Below, piece after piece: positions 49,033 through 59,679 of a stretch of DNA of 64,000 nucleotides (its first letter is position 1; each line of letters opens with the position of its first letter). The notes below the pieces were generated by a model that saw only the letters and a list, made by a program, of their open reading frames with translations, searched no databases and was not told the DNA's origin. A program made the position numbers and the translations under genes. The DNA comes from a virus, in the IMG/VR virus record IMGVR_UViG_3300033145_001136, positions 38,948-102,947 of that record; one strand, 5' to 3'.

Positions 49033-49518
49033 TTATTCGTAGCTCCATGTTGTAAGTAGGCCTATAATATTATCTACTTCCCAATCGTCGCCAAATCTAC
49101 GCACTATCTGATTCGCAACGATTTTGTTAACAATTGGCACATATTTTATTGGTAATAATGTTTCTATGTCTTTGTTTGTGATTAAATTAATGTGTGTTCC
49201 TTTGTGTGGTATAATTGTGTGGAATGGAACTTTTTGAGGTTTAATTACTTCCCTGTCTACAACCCGTAAGTAATTGCAGAATGCCTGGGTAGCTCGACCA
49301 AGTGCCTTGATTCTGCCAATACGCTTCACAAATTGATCGCTTATGCTACATCTGGAAACACCAAGTGAAACAACAATACGGGGTGGCTCACCATAATCTA
49401 AGAATAATTTCGTTCCGATCGCGATCGTGTACCTCACCCCGGCCTCGCCTTTTAGGTGCGAAAACCTGGTTGAATCGAACGGGAGATAAGATTGCATTAT
49501 TTTCATCCTTTCGCGCAT
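49033..49518 (-). CDS. Hypothetical phage protein
   Basis: TIA...GVSRCSISDQFVKRIGRIKALGRA motif. Confidence 0.65.
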   Translation of the reverse strand: MRERMKIMQSYLPFDSTRFSHLKGEAGVRYTIAIGTKLFLDYGEPPRIVVSLGVSRCSISDQFVKRIGRIKALGRATQAFCNYLRVVDREVIKPQKVPFHTIIPHKGTHINLITNKDIETLLPIKYVPIVNKIVANQIVRRFGDDWEVDNIIGLLTTWSYE

Positions 49519-49639
49519 ACGCGCGCGTGTTTTTACTATGTTCTCTATCTTCTATTTCCTTTTGTATTGGAAAAAGAACTCCCATTCGGCAGTTTCACTG
49601 CCTCAGGCAGTATCGAGAGTAATTAATATGCAACAAAAA

Positions 49640-49945
49640 TTACACCCCGTTCTCTTGTTGTGATTCTCGGCCAAGTTTGGACCAAGCCATATCATACACC
49701 CAGTCCATGTCGTACTCGTCTCGTACCTGTTCGCTAGCTGGGACCCTTACAATGAGGCCAAATTCTTCCGCCTTGTCTTGGAAACAACCACTATCGATAT
49801 TATACCCTTCCCACACTTGTTCACAACACCATTCAACCATTGCACGTAAAATTATGACCTCCCGAATTAATTTATCTTGCAGATAATAACCACTATTCTC
49901 ATATTCTGTCAATACTGCGTCGGGGAGCCAGCGTTCTTTACTCAT
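49640..49945 (-). CDS. Hypothetical protein
   Basis: 101 aa, GGAGG RBS. Confidence 0.6.
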   Translation of the reverse strand: MSKERWLPDAVLTEYENSGYYLQDKLIREVIILRAMVEWCCEQVWEGYNIDSGCFQDKAEEFGLIVRVPASEQVRDEYDMDWVYDMAWSKLGRESQQENGV

Positions 49946-49957
49946 TGTTTTCCTCCC

Positions 49958-50263
49958 TTAGGGAATTATTGAATTTAGGTACACACATTCATCCTCGGTA
50001 AATAATTCTGGATGCGTTAACGCTCGTGTAGCACGTACACGTATTTCTTCAAGTATGTCAATACGTAAATGATCAGGATCTAGTGTACCACCGTGCATTG
50101 CCAAAATGCGTTCTTCTGCTTCACATGCGTAACATAATTTTATTCTTTGTTGATCTTTTTTAACAACAAGTCTAATTAATGTATGTCCTTTTGCATAGCG
50201 TTGTTTGCCATGATATCTATATCCAATACACTTAATTGGGTATATTATTGGTGATTCGGTCAT
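49958..50263 (-). CDS. Zinc-finger paralogue family member
   Basis: YPIKCIGY...RYAKGH...LCYACE. Confidence 0.7.
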   Translation of the reverse strand: MTESPIIYPIKCIGYRYHGKQRYAKGHTLIRLVVKKDQQRIKLCYACEAEERILAMHGGTLDPDHLRIDILEEIRVRATRALTHPELFTEDECVYLNSIIP

Positions 50264-50273
50264 GTCTGCCCCC

Positions 50274-52106
50274 TTAATCTTCGTGTGTAAACCAAATTCC
50301 CGGCATACGTTTGAAGATTACTAGCGGATTTGTCTTTGGTATTTCCGGTGTAACTATCCACAATCGTTTCTCATCGCCAAGATCGGACCCTTTCATAATC
50401 GTTTCTGCTGTACGAGCTATCTCCTGTGTCTCATTTACATAGTGTGGATCAATCACAATCCCGCCCCGTAGGTGTCGTAATAACCACACATGTGCCGCTA
50501 CGGAGAAAAGATCTTCGTGCACTGACAGATTGTATAGCATTCCGGTATGTGGTATACGCTCTTCTTCATATGGTACTTGTTTGGTAAAGTCTAGTATTGG
50601 TCGTAACTTACCATCTTTTAATTTATGTGGATAAAACACAATTTTCACAGGCGAATCTGTTTGTATTTGTGATGTGCCCTGAAATGCACGATATCTAGTA
50701 AAGATCTTTTTCATTACTGGGGCTATAGCGTCGTAATATTGTTCTATATGCGGTGCGATTCGTTTAAGCAAATCACCTTTTGTACCAGATACCGCCTCAT
50801 GTAATCCCCTGGCTATACTCTTGAGTTTTGGTTTATCGACACATTCATTTAGCGATGTCTTACTAAAAAACATTGCCCGGAAATGCTTTCGCACATATTG
50901 TGTTTCATGCATATTAAGTAGGTCTGATGGTGACAGCGTACACGAATACTTGGCTTTATCCGCGAACATGGAAATCTTTAAATCTTCCCATTGTGTCTCA
51001 ATTAGGCCCATAACAGACATAAGTGGTGCAACAAATACCCTTGTATCACTCGCTGCAACGTGTTCATTAAGAAAATACCGGAGCTGATCGTCCGATTTGT
51101 ATTCATTTGCGGGTTTACCAAGCGCAATCCTGGTGCGTGTTTCGCTAACTCGTTTAACCAGGATGGGTGAAGCCATGTTGCGACCACTTATTTGTATCTG
51201 ATCTCCTTTTTCCTCGCTTACCCACCTAAGAAGGTGGCCAGAATCTGATATGTCTTTATGTTTTGGTAATCCTTGCAGTGCGACTAATGATTTAAATACA
51301 ATCGGTCCATCGGGCAATGGAATCGGTGGTTGTATTTGATTATTAATACGATCAGTATTAAGTGTCCATTTAAATTCATTATGGATTTCTTCTTGTGTGA
51401 ATTGTAAAATTGGCAAATCACCTATGGCATATAATATAACCATAGAGGGCCATCTTGCATAAATTTCCTCTACTGGAATTAATGTATTGAGTGGATATTT
51501 TACCCAATCATCCCACTTTAACATTTTGATGCTAGGAGCAATCTCCTGCATCATAGTCCTGCGCTCAATGAATTTTGGGACCGCCTTTTCAAATATCGAT
51601 GCCACTAGTGGGGCTGTCCACACTCGTTGTAGTCGATATTTAAGCAGGTCCCACACGTGCTCTGCTTTTAGTTTATCCGGATCAAATAGAAGTACTTTAT
51701 CAAACATGGCCGTGAGTGAGTCTATGTTATGTAATCTAGATGATATGTGTGTAGAATACATATTACGCACATATTTTAGTGCATCTATGTCTTTTTCGGT
51801 AAGCGTGTTATACTCGTAACGCCTACTGCTACTTGCGATCTCTTTTAATATAATCCCCAAATGTGAGAATATTGATTGGTCACTGGAAAAACCCCTTTCG
51901 CCCTGAATTAGATATTTGTCATCGTTTTCCTGCGTATCTAGTTCTCCTGGTGGTAAATCTTCAAACAGAGCAATTATCTTATCAAAGATAATGTGATCCA
52001 TCCCTATCTCTGGGAATGTTATTATTGGCTTAAACAATGCGGGATGTTTAGTCCCATCTGCCATTTCCAGAGGTTTATAATCTATGCAGACTGTTCTGTA
52101 CTTCAT
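50274..52106 (-). CDS. Large hypothetical protein (610 aa)
   Basis: AGGAGG RBS, directly downstream of the AAA gene; no recognisable motif. Confidence 0.75.
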   Translation of the reverse strand: MKYRTVCIDYKPLEMADGTKHPALFKPIITFPEIGMDHIIFDKIIALFEDLPPGELDTQENDDKYLIQGERGFSSDQSIFSHLGIILKEIASSSRRYEYNTLTEKDIDALKYVRNMYSTHISSRLHNIDSLTAMFDKVLLFDPDKLKAEHVWDLLKYRLQRVWTAPLVASIFEKAVPKFIERRTMMQEIAPSIKMLKWDDWVKYPLNTLIPVEEIYARWPSMVILYAIGDLPILQFTQEEIHNEFKWTLNTDRINNQIQPPIPLPDGPIVFKSLVALQGLPKHKDISDSGHLLRWVSEEKGDQIQISGRNMASPILVKRVSETRTRIALGKPANEYKSDDQLRYFLNEHVAASDTRVFVAPLMSVMGLIETQWEDLKISMFADKAKYSCTLSPSDLLNMHETQYVRKHFRAMFFSKTSLNECVDKPKLKSIARGLHEAVSGTKGDLLKRIAPHIEQYYDAIAPVMKKIFTRYRAFQGTSQIQTDSPVKIVFYPHKLKDGKLRPILDFTKQVPYEEERIPHTGMLYNLSVHEDLFSVAAHVWLLRHLRGGIVIDPHYVNETQEIARTAETIMKGSDLGDEKRLWIVTPEIPKTNPLVIFKRMPGIWFTHED

Positions 52107-52117
52107 CTTCTCCTCCT

Positions 52118-53581
52118 TTACGCGCTAATTACCTTTCGCACATGAGCCAGCTCTGCACTAACTTTCTCATGTAGCTTCTTGAACCCCTCTTCAGATTTGT
52201 CAGTGTGACCATTTATGATATGATATGCCGCCACCAACTCGAACTCATTTTTAACCAATTTAATAATTGATTCGGCAATTGGTTGGCGATTTAGCTCTTC
52301 CATTTCCAATGAAAACCAAGTATCTGTTGGCAAATCTACCGCAATGGCATTTTCCACTGTTTTTAGTAACTCTGGTGGAATTGTTCCGGGTTTCTCAACT
52401 TCACATTTCATGGCAAACAAGGCAAATGGACCGATGTAGTCAGTCTTAGCTAATCTATTCCAAGCCCGAGATTTTATCATGTCCGTTAATTTATCTGAAT
52501 AATTAATGAGAATATCGAGTTTCCTGGTTGGGCTAGATGTGGTAAACAATTCATAGATTTTGTTTATCATGTCTAGGTCTGACCCCTGTTGAAAAACATC
52601 AGACAACGTATTAATTACCCCCTCAGCTTTGTCTATCATTTCTTCAGCATTTTCTTCGGCATTTAACCCAATAGGCAAAGAACTCTTCACAACGTATGTA
52701 ACGATGTCACCAATCGAATTGGGTGTTTCACCCCACATCGTGTCCCTGGCTTGTTCAATCGCAATACCTGCTAGAATATTGCGGAATATAAATCCCAATC
52801 TACGTCCGTCAAGCTTTACCTCATTCCTGGTTTCTGATTTTAATAAGTCAGCCAATTTACTAACGAAATCCATTATTATCTCGTGATCGTCTGATTTTGC
52901 AAGAAACAATTCGGTTGCAGTTCGCATCAAAGGTGGCAATGCCTCACGAGCTTCTTCAAGTCCACCATTAGATACACGATGCGCCCATTCTTCTTTTTGC
53001 TCCTCATTAAGCCAGAATTTTACTGCAGGCGCGTCATCAAAGTCTACATTTTGTAGCACTCGCAATCGGTCCTTTTCTTCCATTTCCATTACATCGGGTG
53101 GGAAAATGAAAGAGGCGAATCTACCGATAAATGCCTCATCTAACTGCTGTGCACCAATATATGTAACGGGGTTCATGGCTCCCCAAACCCATCTTACATC
53201 GGTTTGAAATCCCATAACTCGCCGTGACCTGATTACCTCTAGCCATTTATTCTGCATCGCCGGTTTGGCACGTCCAACCTCATCAATGAAAACAAAATCT
53301 TTATCCCAGATTGTCTGCGGTGACGGTAGATATTTAATTATGCCTTTCTTATACTCTTCTGCATCTGGGAATCCAATCACATCCTCAAATTGTGCCTTCG
53401 ATGCGTCGTACGCAATATGTGGCACATCAAGTGCCATTGCCATTTTTATTGCAACTGCGGTTTTGGCCGTACCGTGTTGAGCTAACATCAACAGAGGATC
53501 ACCAGTGAGAAGTGAATATAACATCACATTCTCGTCGTTACGGTGCCATCCGAAAATATTAAGTGCTTCCAAAAATTTCAC
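52118..53581 (-). CDS. MoxR/dynein-related AAA+ ATPase
   Basis: AQHGTAKT, VFIDEVGRA, AMNP, LDEAFIGRF. Confidence 0.88.
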   Translation of the reverse strand: MKFLEALNIFGWHRNDENVMLYSLLTGDPLLMLAQHGTAKTAVAIKMAMALDVPHIAYDASKAQFEDVIGFPDAEEYKKGIIKYLPSPQTIWDKDFVFIDEVGRAKPAMQNKWLEVIRSRRVMGFQTDVRWVWGAMNPVTYIGAQQLDEAFIGRFASFIFPPDVMEMEEKDRLRVLQNVDFDDAPAVKFWLNEEQKEEWAHRVSNGGLEEAREALPPLMRTATELFLAKSDDHEIIMDFVSKLADLLKSETRNEVKLDGRRLGFIFRNILAGIAIEQARDTMWGETPNSIGDIVTYVVKSSLPIGLNAEENAEEMIDKAEGVINTLSDVFQQGSDLDMINKIYELFTTSSPTRKLDILINYSDKLTDMIKSRAWNRLAKTDYIGPFALFAMKCEVEKPGTIPPELLKTVENAIAVDLPTDTWFSLEMEELNRQPIAESIIKLVKNEFELVAAYHIINGHTDKSEEGFKKLHEKVSAELAHVRKVISA

Positions 53582-53593
53582 ATTATCCTCCCT

Positions 53594-54907
53594 TTAGGCA
53601 AATTTGTAAGTGTCCACAGCATCTTCAATGGCCATGCTTGGTCCCCATCTATTTAACACGTGGTCTTCTTTTCTGGATTCTGTGTACATAATTGTGAGCA
53701 TTTCTAATCCAAGTGTATCCAGCGCATTCTGGTTATCGGATGTCATCGATGCCCAACCATCTGTAAATACCACACATTTTTTGTATCCATTTTCAAGTAT
53801 TGATCCCGCCACGCAATCAAAATCAGTGCCACCTGTGGTACGTACTTTTGTTAAGTCTCGCACATTGGCTTCTACTACTTGATTGCTAAACCAGTATACA
53901 GCACTAAGTTGGGATTTGGCCCTGTTTAATATTGCGATAATGTCTGGTAAATGTGCGGTCACTGACCCAGATGCATCGATATATACCGCCGTACCATACT
54001 GCTCCTCAAAATCCACAACCTCTTCTCGATTATGAAATATCCACACCTGGTGTAAATTTATTAAATTAATGAGATCTCTACTTGATGGATCAAGCATCAG
54101 TGGTGAAGCCTGTCTTTCTAACTCTTCTGTGGGAGCAAGGTATTTGCTCAAGACCGCAGATGTTGCATATTGTGCCAATAATTGTCGTTTAAGTGCTAGG
54201 TTAGAATTGATCATGTTAACCAATTCATCAACAAGGTGTTCGGCAAACCCCGCCTGTGAATTATCCTGCATGTTACGTTTTAATTCTCGCAGGAATCGCT
54301 CAGCCATCTCGCGATCAAAACCAGTTAAGTCACCAACTACTTTACCGTCACCATGATTCCCAAGCAACAATACTCGTGAAATTATCTGGTGCGGGATGAG
54401 TGTTTTCATTACATTGATGATTTCAAGGGTGGTTAACCTATTATCTACTGCCCCACCCCAAATGGCTCGATAAAGTTTTGATACTATCGAACCACGATAC
54501 TGCGATCCTGGGCGTAGTAGCATATTCGGGATTTTGTTTCCGTTGTATAGTTTTGTGAACCATTCACCATTACCACTAGCATCGGGCCAAAGATTAGTAA
54601 TCATGGAATTACACACTGCATCAACCGCAATGTGTTCAATACTATCTGGTAACACGTCATGGATAAAATGGTTAAGTGCTAAATGAAGAAATTCGTGCGT
54701 CACTAAGCAGAATAGGTCTTGATCGGTTTCTATGTTCTCCCGTATGAATTTTGGATCATATTCCATCCACCCATCTTTGCACATACACATTGTAGGGTAT
54801 GCCATGTTCTTGTTTTCACGTACACCTCTAATCATATTCACAGCAAATGAATCAATTCCAAACGCAGGACTAAGTACCTGCCTTACTCGCAACAGGGTTA
54901 TGTCCAT
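53594..54907 (-). CDS. Metallopeptidase-like (HExxH) plus VWA domain protein
   Basis: HEFLH...H; C-terminal MIDAS DASGS, GGTDF, FTDG. Confidence 0.85.
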   Translation of the reverse strand: MDITLLRVRQVLSPAFGIDSFAVNMIRGVRENKNMAYPTMCMCKDGWMEYDPKFIRENIETDQDLFCLVTHEFLHLALNHFIHDVLPDSIEHIAVDAVCNSMITNLWPDASGNGEWFTKLYNGNKIPNMLLRPGSQYRGSIVSKLYRAIWGGAVDNRLTTLEIINVMKTLIPHQIISRVLLLGNHGDGKVVGDLTGFDREMAERFLRELKRNMQDNSQAGFAEHLVDELVNMINSNLALKRQLLAQYATSAVLSKYLAPTEELERQASPLMLDPSSRDLINLINLHQVWIFHNREEVVDFEEQYGTAVYIDASGSVTAHLPDIIAILNRAKSQLSAVYWFSNQVVEANVRDLTKVRTTGGTDFDCVAGSILENGYKKCVVFTDGWASMTSDNQNALDTLGLEMLTIMYTESRKEDHVLNRWGPSMAIEDAVDTYKFA

Positions 54908-55091
54908 TATTTCTTTCCCCTTGGTAAAGGGCAATATGTGACATACAATAAGATCATGCCGAATGCTACGTAGTGAATCTGTACATGTGAAGTAAGTCCC
55001 CTTAAGCGTGGACGCGGCTCTGCCTACTGGGAGTCTATTGGCCTATGGCCGGGTAAGTCTAAAATACGAGATTTGTGTTTTAGATTGCTAC

Positions 55092-55319
55092 TCAAAAATA
55101 GTCTAAGATATCTAATGCATAGTTGGTTATCGCGGTAAAATTGGGTTCCTCTTTAATTAACATCTCTTTTATGCCTTCAACATCTTGTGCATTAATCATG
55201 GTAGATAGCTCAAGACATTTTATGTTTGCTTCAACACTAGTGGCATACCGAAAACACAGTACTAACCCATCAAGCATAGTTAAAATAAATATTTTGCTAG
55301 TAATCAATTTCATCTGCAT
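55092..55319 (-). CDS. Hypothetical protein
   Basis: 75 aa minus-strand ORF. Confidence 0.45.
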   Translation of the reverse strand: MQMKLITSKIFILTMLDGLVLCFRYATSVEANIKCLELSTMINAQDVEGIKEMLIKEEPNFTAITNYALDILDYF

Positions 55320-55497
55320 TTCTGTGTTTGTGCTTTCGTGTATATCTAGATTTGTCTCTATGTACCTTGGTTGGCATATGTCTAGATCGATATTTAGGAT
55401 ATCTAGCAGATTTCCTATATACTATTTCCTCATGTCGTCGATTTTTTCGTCCCATTGTTCTATGTTTAGTAACGACGATAGGTAAGACGTGGAGCAT
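55297..55497 (-). CDS. Small basic protein
   Basis: PTKVHRDKSRYTRKHKH motif. Confidence 0.55.
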   Translation of the reverse strand: MLHVLPIVVTKHRTMGRKNRRHEEIVYRKSARYPKYRSRHMPTKVHRDKSRYTRKHKHRNADEIDY

Positions 55498-55678
55498 TAC
55501 CTATTATGTTTACTTGTCATCTATTGCTTTAGCATAAAAGCCTATAGATAAAAGTATGCTAAATGTTATTAATATGATGCGTAACCACATAGGATCTGGT
55601 GCAACCATAGCAATCCATGCAGCTATTACTAGTGTAGTCAGCGAACCAATAACGTAACGCATGTTTGTTCTCCTTAAA

Positions 55679-56188
55679 CTAAGTGCGCAGTTCAATCCTT
55701 CTGTCAACCTCGGCATATAGTTGGCATAATACCGGAAAACAATATTGTGGACTAACGTGATAGCTACGTTGCGCTCTGGTCTTCCGCACCAGGTAATCTA
55801 TTGCAGTTTCCAAATGGATATCACTCATGCTCACAATTGGTGTGCATTTACCGGACGCCTCAACCCATATTCCGCACATATTTTTCCAACTACGCCACTC
55901 GTCATATGCCTGTGTTCCACGTGGTGGCCTTGGTGGTTCATAATGGGGCGAAATGGCCCTACAAGGAGACTGTGGTGACATCTCCATCATATCACCAATT
56001 GTGTCATTCGCGAGAGCCAGGTCACCTTTTAATTGTTCAATTTGGCTCTTAAGTTCGCGTCGATTTGCTTGTATGTTGTCGATATAGTCGAGGACTATGT
56101 CGGCTTCCGACCTAGCTAATGTAACCCATGGCGTTGTTTCCCTGTTCCGTCTTAAATACCTTATGATTCTATCACTATGCTCACACAT
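55679..56188 (-). CDS. Hypothetical protein
   Basis: 169 aa, GGAGG RBS; W...G...I..MSD.HL..AI.YL motif. Confidence 0.6.
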   Translation of the reverse strand: MCEHSDRIIRYLRRNRETTPWVTLARSEADIVLDYIDNIQANRRELKSQIEQLKGDLALANDTIGDMMEMSPQSPCRAISPHYEPPRPPRGTQAYDEWRSWKNMCGIWVEASGKCTPIVSMSDIHLETAIDYLVRKTRAQRSYHVSPQYCFPVLCQLYAEVDRRIELRT

Positions 56189-56207
56189 AGTATTCCTCCA
56201 GTAGTTA

Positions 56208-56672
56208 TTACTTGTCTTGATCGTGTAACCAAATTAATGCCGCACGACATATGGCGAGTCTCCACGCCTTATCTCTTTTTGGATGATCCCCTAGACGACG
56301 CGGCGATGCTGACCCAAAGGCTTCTTGGAAAATGGCCCCACATTCGAATCCGATCGTATTATCCCCATCTTTTACTTCACGCATACCTAGCGTAAGGAAC
56401 AATTTGTATGTTTCGCACATATGATTAATTAACCACAAGGTTGCGTCCGAATCCCATACAAATCGCGGAATTATGCGCTTAAATGCATTTCTGGCATCAA
56501 GCACCTGCATATCCGGTGGTTGCCAGTCCCCGCGCTCAGGTGGAATAATTTTTTCATCAATCCAAACTACATCACCTTGTTCTACATTGGCAAGCCCCAA
56601 TGCCTCAGTTAGTGACTTTATGAGAAGTATCTCTTCCTCATATACTAAAATTTGCAGATCAAGTTCCGACAT
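56208..56672 (-). CDS. Hypothetical protein (phage ABA-sandwich-like C-terminus)
   Basis: Ends LAICRAAL; GAGGAGG RBS. Confidence 0.55.
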   Translation of the reverse strand: MSELDLQILVYEEEILLIKSLTEALGLANVEQGDVVWIDEKIIPPERGDWQPPDMQVLDARNAFKRIIPRFVWDSDATLWLINHMCETYKLFLTLGMREVKDGDNTIGFECGAIFQEAFGSASPRRLGDHPKRDKAWRLAICRAALIWLHDQDK

Positions 56673-57051
56673 CTTCTTCTTCCTCCTCTACTTTTCCTAT
56701 GCCCCACACTGTTTTAATTAATTCGACATTTTCGAATGATCCAAATTCTGCATCTATCGCTTCATATATTTTATCAATGAAATAATTCTCGTGTGGGAAC
56801 GGACCTGCATCATACATCTGCATTGTTTCTTCTAGTTCAGATAAGATTTGGCCACACGCATTCAGTAACACTATTTTCCATAAATACTGCGCACGTTCCT
56901 GATCTAGAATACGCCAATCAGCGGATTCACATATCTTATTAGCAAACTTGGTTATTTGTCGCAAATCAATTTGTAATACATGGTCTAATCCCTGTATTAC
57001 ATCTTCTCTACATCGCGACACTTCTGTTTGTTGCATAAAAAGATCGTCCAT
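56659..57051 (-). CDS. Hypothetical protein
   Basis: 130 aa, AGGAG RBS. Confidence 0.6.
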   Translation of the reverse strand: MDDLFMQQTEVSRCREDVIQGLDHVLQIDLRQITKFANKICESADWRILDQERAQYLWKIVLLNACGQILSELEETMQMYDAGPFPHENYFIDKIYEAIDAEFGSFENVELIKTVWGIGKVEEEEEDVGT

Positions 57052-57059
57052 GCTTTCTC

Positions 57060-57437
57060 CTATAATGTATAAATTATTGCAAACACAATCCGCACATCAG
57101 CAGTTATGATGTTAGCTGTGATTGGTTTCCAATATTCAACCGGCAGCCCGGCGTAGCTTTCTTCCGCATCGAAGTTATCATCCACTGCTACACAAATCTC
57201 CCACTTTGGGGTTTCACAATCCTCACACTCGGTTATTTTAAACCATCCACTAGAACCGTGTGGATTTCGTTTCGCACCATCGTACCAAGAATCATGTAGT
57301 ATAAACTCGTATTTATGTGTATCATTTGGGTCTGTGTGAATTATTATTGCTATGCTACATGCTATCTCTGCGTATTGAACTAGTTGTGCTATTAAATCGG
57401 ATACTTGAGCATCAAAACTAGTATCTTTATTATCCAT
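57060..57437 (-). CDS. Hypothetical protein
   Basis: 125 aa, GAGG RBS. Confidence 0.6.
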   Translation of the reverse strand: MDNKDTSFDAQVSDLIAQLVQYAEIACSIAIIIHTDPNDTHKYEFILHDSWYDGAKRNPHGSSGWFKITECEDCETPKWEICVAVDDNFDAEESYAGLPVEYWKPITANIITADVRIVFAIIYTL

Positions 57438-57449
57438 TATGTCCTCGTT

Positions 57450-58811
57450 CTAGCTCTTGTCCCCCCGCAATTTTAAAAATGTTGCAAATCGCAAAGCCCC
57501 ATCTGGCGAGAAATCTGATGTCAGGCTCCAAGGTTGAAACTTGACCTCTGCCCATTTGCCAATCAGTTGCCCATTGTTATGCAACTCAAGGAGTTCCGCT
57601 CTCTGTTTATCAGTAAAACTTGGTATATTCGATGTATATCCTCCAATAGTGTTAACAACAAGGGCACCGATCGTGTGCTCAAATTTCTTCCCTGGTTCAC
57701 CATACTCCATATCTACGATCTCAAAATCGCTTGTGTCGAACCATTTATATTTAAGCCAATTGTATGATCGTTTCCATTCGTACAAAGATCTATGCTTCTT
57801 TAAGACCAATCCCTCAAATCCAGCTTGTATGGCATCGTCGTGTGCCTTAAGCATAGATTCGATAAAGGCCTCGTAGCCACTATTGTCAAGGGTGGTCCCC
57901 TCGACTACTTCTATATTACGCTTTTCACTCGGGATGGGACATGCTTCATAATGAGTCGCGAAATTGAACAACATCTGCTTACGCGCTTCATATACCAAGC
58001 CGCAATCCTGTGCATCCCAGTCCTTTCTCGGAACAATATCGAAGAGGTAGAAGATGATCTCTTCGGGGTTCGAATCTTTGGTTGATTTAACCGCATGTAT
58101 TGATCCGGAGATATCTTTTGAGAAAATTTCTCCGTCCAGTACCCACCCAGGACCAAAGTAACTAGCCAAATGGTCAACCACCAGGTGCATATTTTGACCT
58201 ATGTCCAACCCATTACGGGAAAGTACCTCCCATTGTACTCCACCGCTTCCATCATCATCAAGAAATATTACACCTCGTAGGCCATCAAGTTTTGGCTCAG
58301 CATCCCATTTCAAATCACCAACTCGTTTTCTCGGTTTTTCTTTTTCTATGAGTTTAAGAGACTTGCATATCATTACTTCAAATGAAGGAAGGAAGCTTTT
58401 CCCATATACTGCCTTAATTGTGCCTGTCCCCATTCCCGCTCTGAGATCTTTGTTAAGTATGCGACCAAACCACATCTGTTCCCATGGGTCAGCCATTGAG
58501 GACAGCATATTACACATTTCTACCCTTGCCGCATCGCCGGTTACTTCCCGTTGTGTCAGTCTATCAAGCAAAACAAAGAAATCGACGATTATGTCGTCTG
58601 CGACTGGGCCACCTGGGGTAGTAGGCAATGTTGTATCTGCGTATTGGTGGTATCGCTTGAATGGATCGAACGTATACAGAAGCATGTTGCGCAAGAATAC
58701 ATCATGCTCTGGGCTACGTTGTGACAATTCCTTAAGTAGCGCTATTTTTTCATTTTTTTTGGTTGTATTCGCTACCGCATCTAGTGTCTCGAATACATCG
58801 CGTACTATCAC
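57450..58811 (-). CDS. ATP-dependent DNA ligase
   Basis: EPKLDGLR, SRNG, LDGEI, FDI, FEGLVLK, WLKYK, LRFATF..LRGDK. Confidence 0.95.
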   Translation of the reverse strand: MIVRDVFETLDAVANTTKKNEKIALLKELSQRSPEHDVFLRNMLLYTFDPFKRYHQYADTTLPTTPGGPVADDIIVDFFVLLDRLTQREVTGDAARVEMCNMLSSMADPWEQMWFGRILNKDLRAGMGTGTIKAVYGKSFLPSFEVMICKSLKLIEKEKPRKRVGDLKWDAEPKLDGLRGVIFLDDDGSGGVQWEVLSRNGLDIGQNMHLVVDHLASYFGPGWVLDGEIFSKDISGSIHAVKSTKDSNPEEIIFYLFDIVPRKDWDAQDCGLVYEARKQMLFNFATHYEACPIPSEKRNIEVVEGTTLDNSGYEAFIESMLKAHDDAIQAGFEGLVLKKHRSLYEWKRSYNWLKYKWFDTSDFEIVDMEYGEPGKKFEHTIGALVVNTIGGYTSNIPSFTDKQRAELLELHNNGQLIGKWAEVKFQPWSLTSDFSPDGALRFATFLKLRGDKS

Positions 58812-58827
58812 ACTGTTCCTCCTTGTG

Positions 58828-59208
58828 TTATCCTTTAATCCACGTAAATAAGGCTACCATCAACTCCATAACGGTTGCCTCTTCCGTAAACTTACTTTCT
58901 GTGATATTATTAACCATTGTGTGATGCCACATTTTGCCATAGTGATCACGTGGCAATCCGTCAGGACCATTATCGCCCCATTCCTCCACAAACGCATCAT
59001 CCCTAACCCATTCGTTAGCATAATCAAGAATCTCGTCCTCTCCCACGAGAACCTCGTTGCCATCACAAAATCTTAACGATATTCTCGGCGGGTCTGCGTC
59101 AATGTCCGCTGTTGCCCCGCCGTCACAATATGTCATCATTATACAGAGGAAATCGAGTGCCTTCTCAAGGTCTGTGAACTTAATTTGTTGCATTTCTTCT
59201 AACGTCAT
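58828..59208 (-). CDS. Hypothetical protein
   Basis: 126 aa, GAGGAG RBS. Confidence 0.6.
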   Translation of the reverse strand: MTLEEMQQIKFTDLEKALDFLCIMMTYCDGGATADIDADPPRISLRFCDGNEVLVGEDEILDYANEWVRDDAFVEEWGDNGPDGLPRDHYGKMWHHTMVNNITESKFTEEATVMELMVALFTWIKG

Positions 59209-59679
59209 TTACTCCTCCTCTATTGGTTCAAGGTTTCCACCTGATCGGGTGTACACACCACCACCATCAATAAATGATTTTCCGCACTCACATTTCACAA
59301 AATCATGTTGAGACATCGATTGTATTGTGTCGTTACAGTGTGTACATCGCATCTTTGGACCTGGGCCAAGCTCACGTACTATTATGAATGCCGCGTCACT
59401 AGTCTCATCCATAAAAGTGTTACTGCCACTTGGCACAAATCCAGTTGTAAAATCTAATAATTCGAAATCTCTCTCACCAGCCTGAAAATCGGCAAGTGAT
59501 GCCACAAATTCACTATTGAGCATTATCATAGGGATTGCCACACCGCCATATGTTGCAAAGACATTGTTATGATATCGTCCCCATGATAACCCACACATAC
59601 AAGAACATGGTGACATATGCGGTGCTCTTTCACGTAATCGCGTTATGTCCCCGCACGCTGGGCAGTAAATTAATTTCAC
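59209..59679 (-). CDS. Two-domain zinc-ribbon protein
   Basis: CPAC...CMCG and CTHCNDTIQS...HDFVKCECG...IDGG; GTG start. Confidence 0.65.
   Translation of the reverse strand: MKLIYCPACGDITRLRERAPHMSPCSCMCGLSWGRYHNNVFATYGGVAIPMIMLNSEFVASLADFQAGERDFELLDFTTGFVPSGSNTFMDETSDAAFIIVRELGPGPKMRCTHCNDTIQSMSQHDFVKCECGKSFIDGGGVYTRSGGNLEPIEEE

Noticed and set aside
55058-55084. AT-rich imperfect palindrome as terminator
   Set aside because: Weak stem with a mismatch on the coding strand and no clear U-tract; cannot distinguish from an operator or chance
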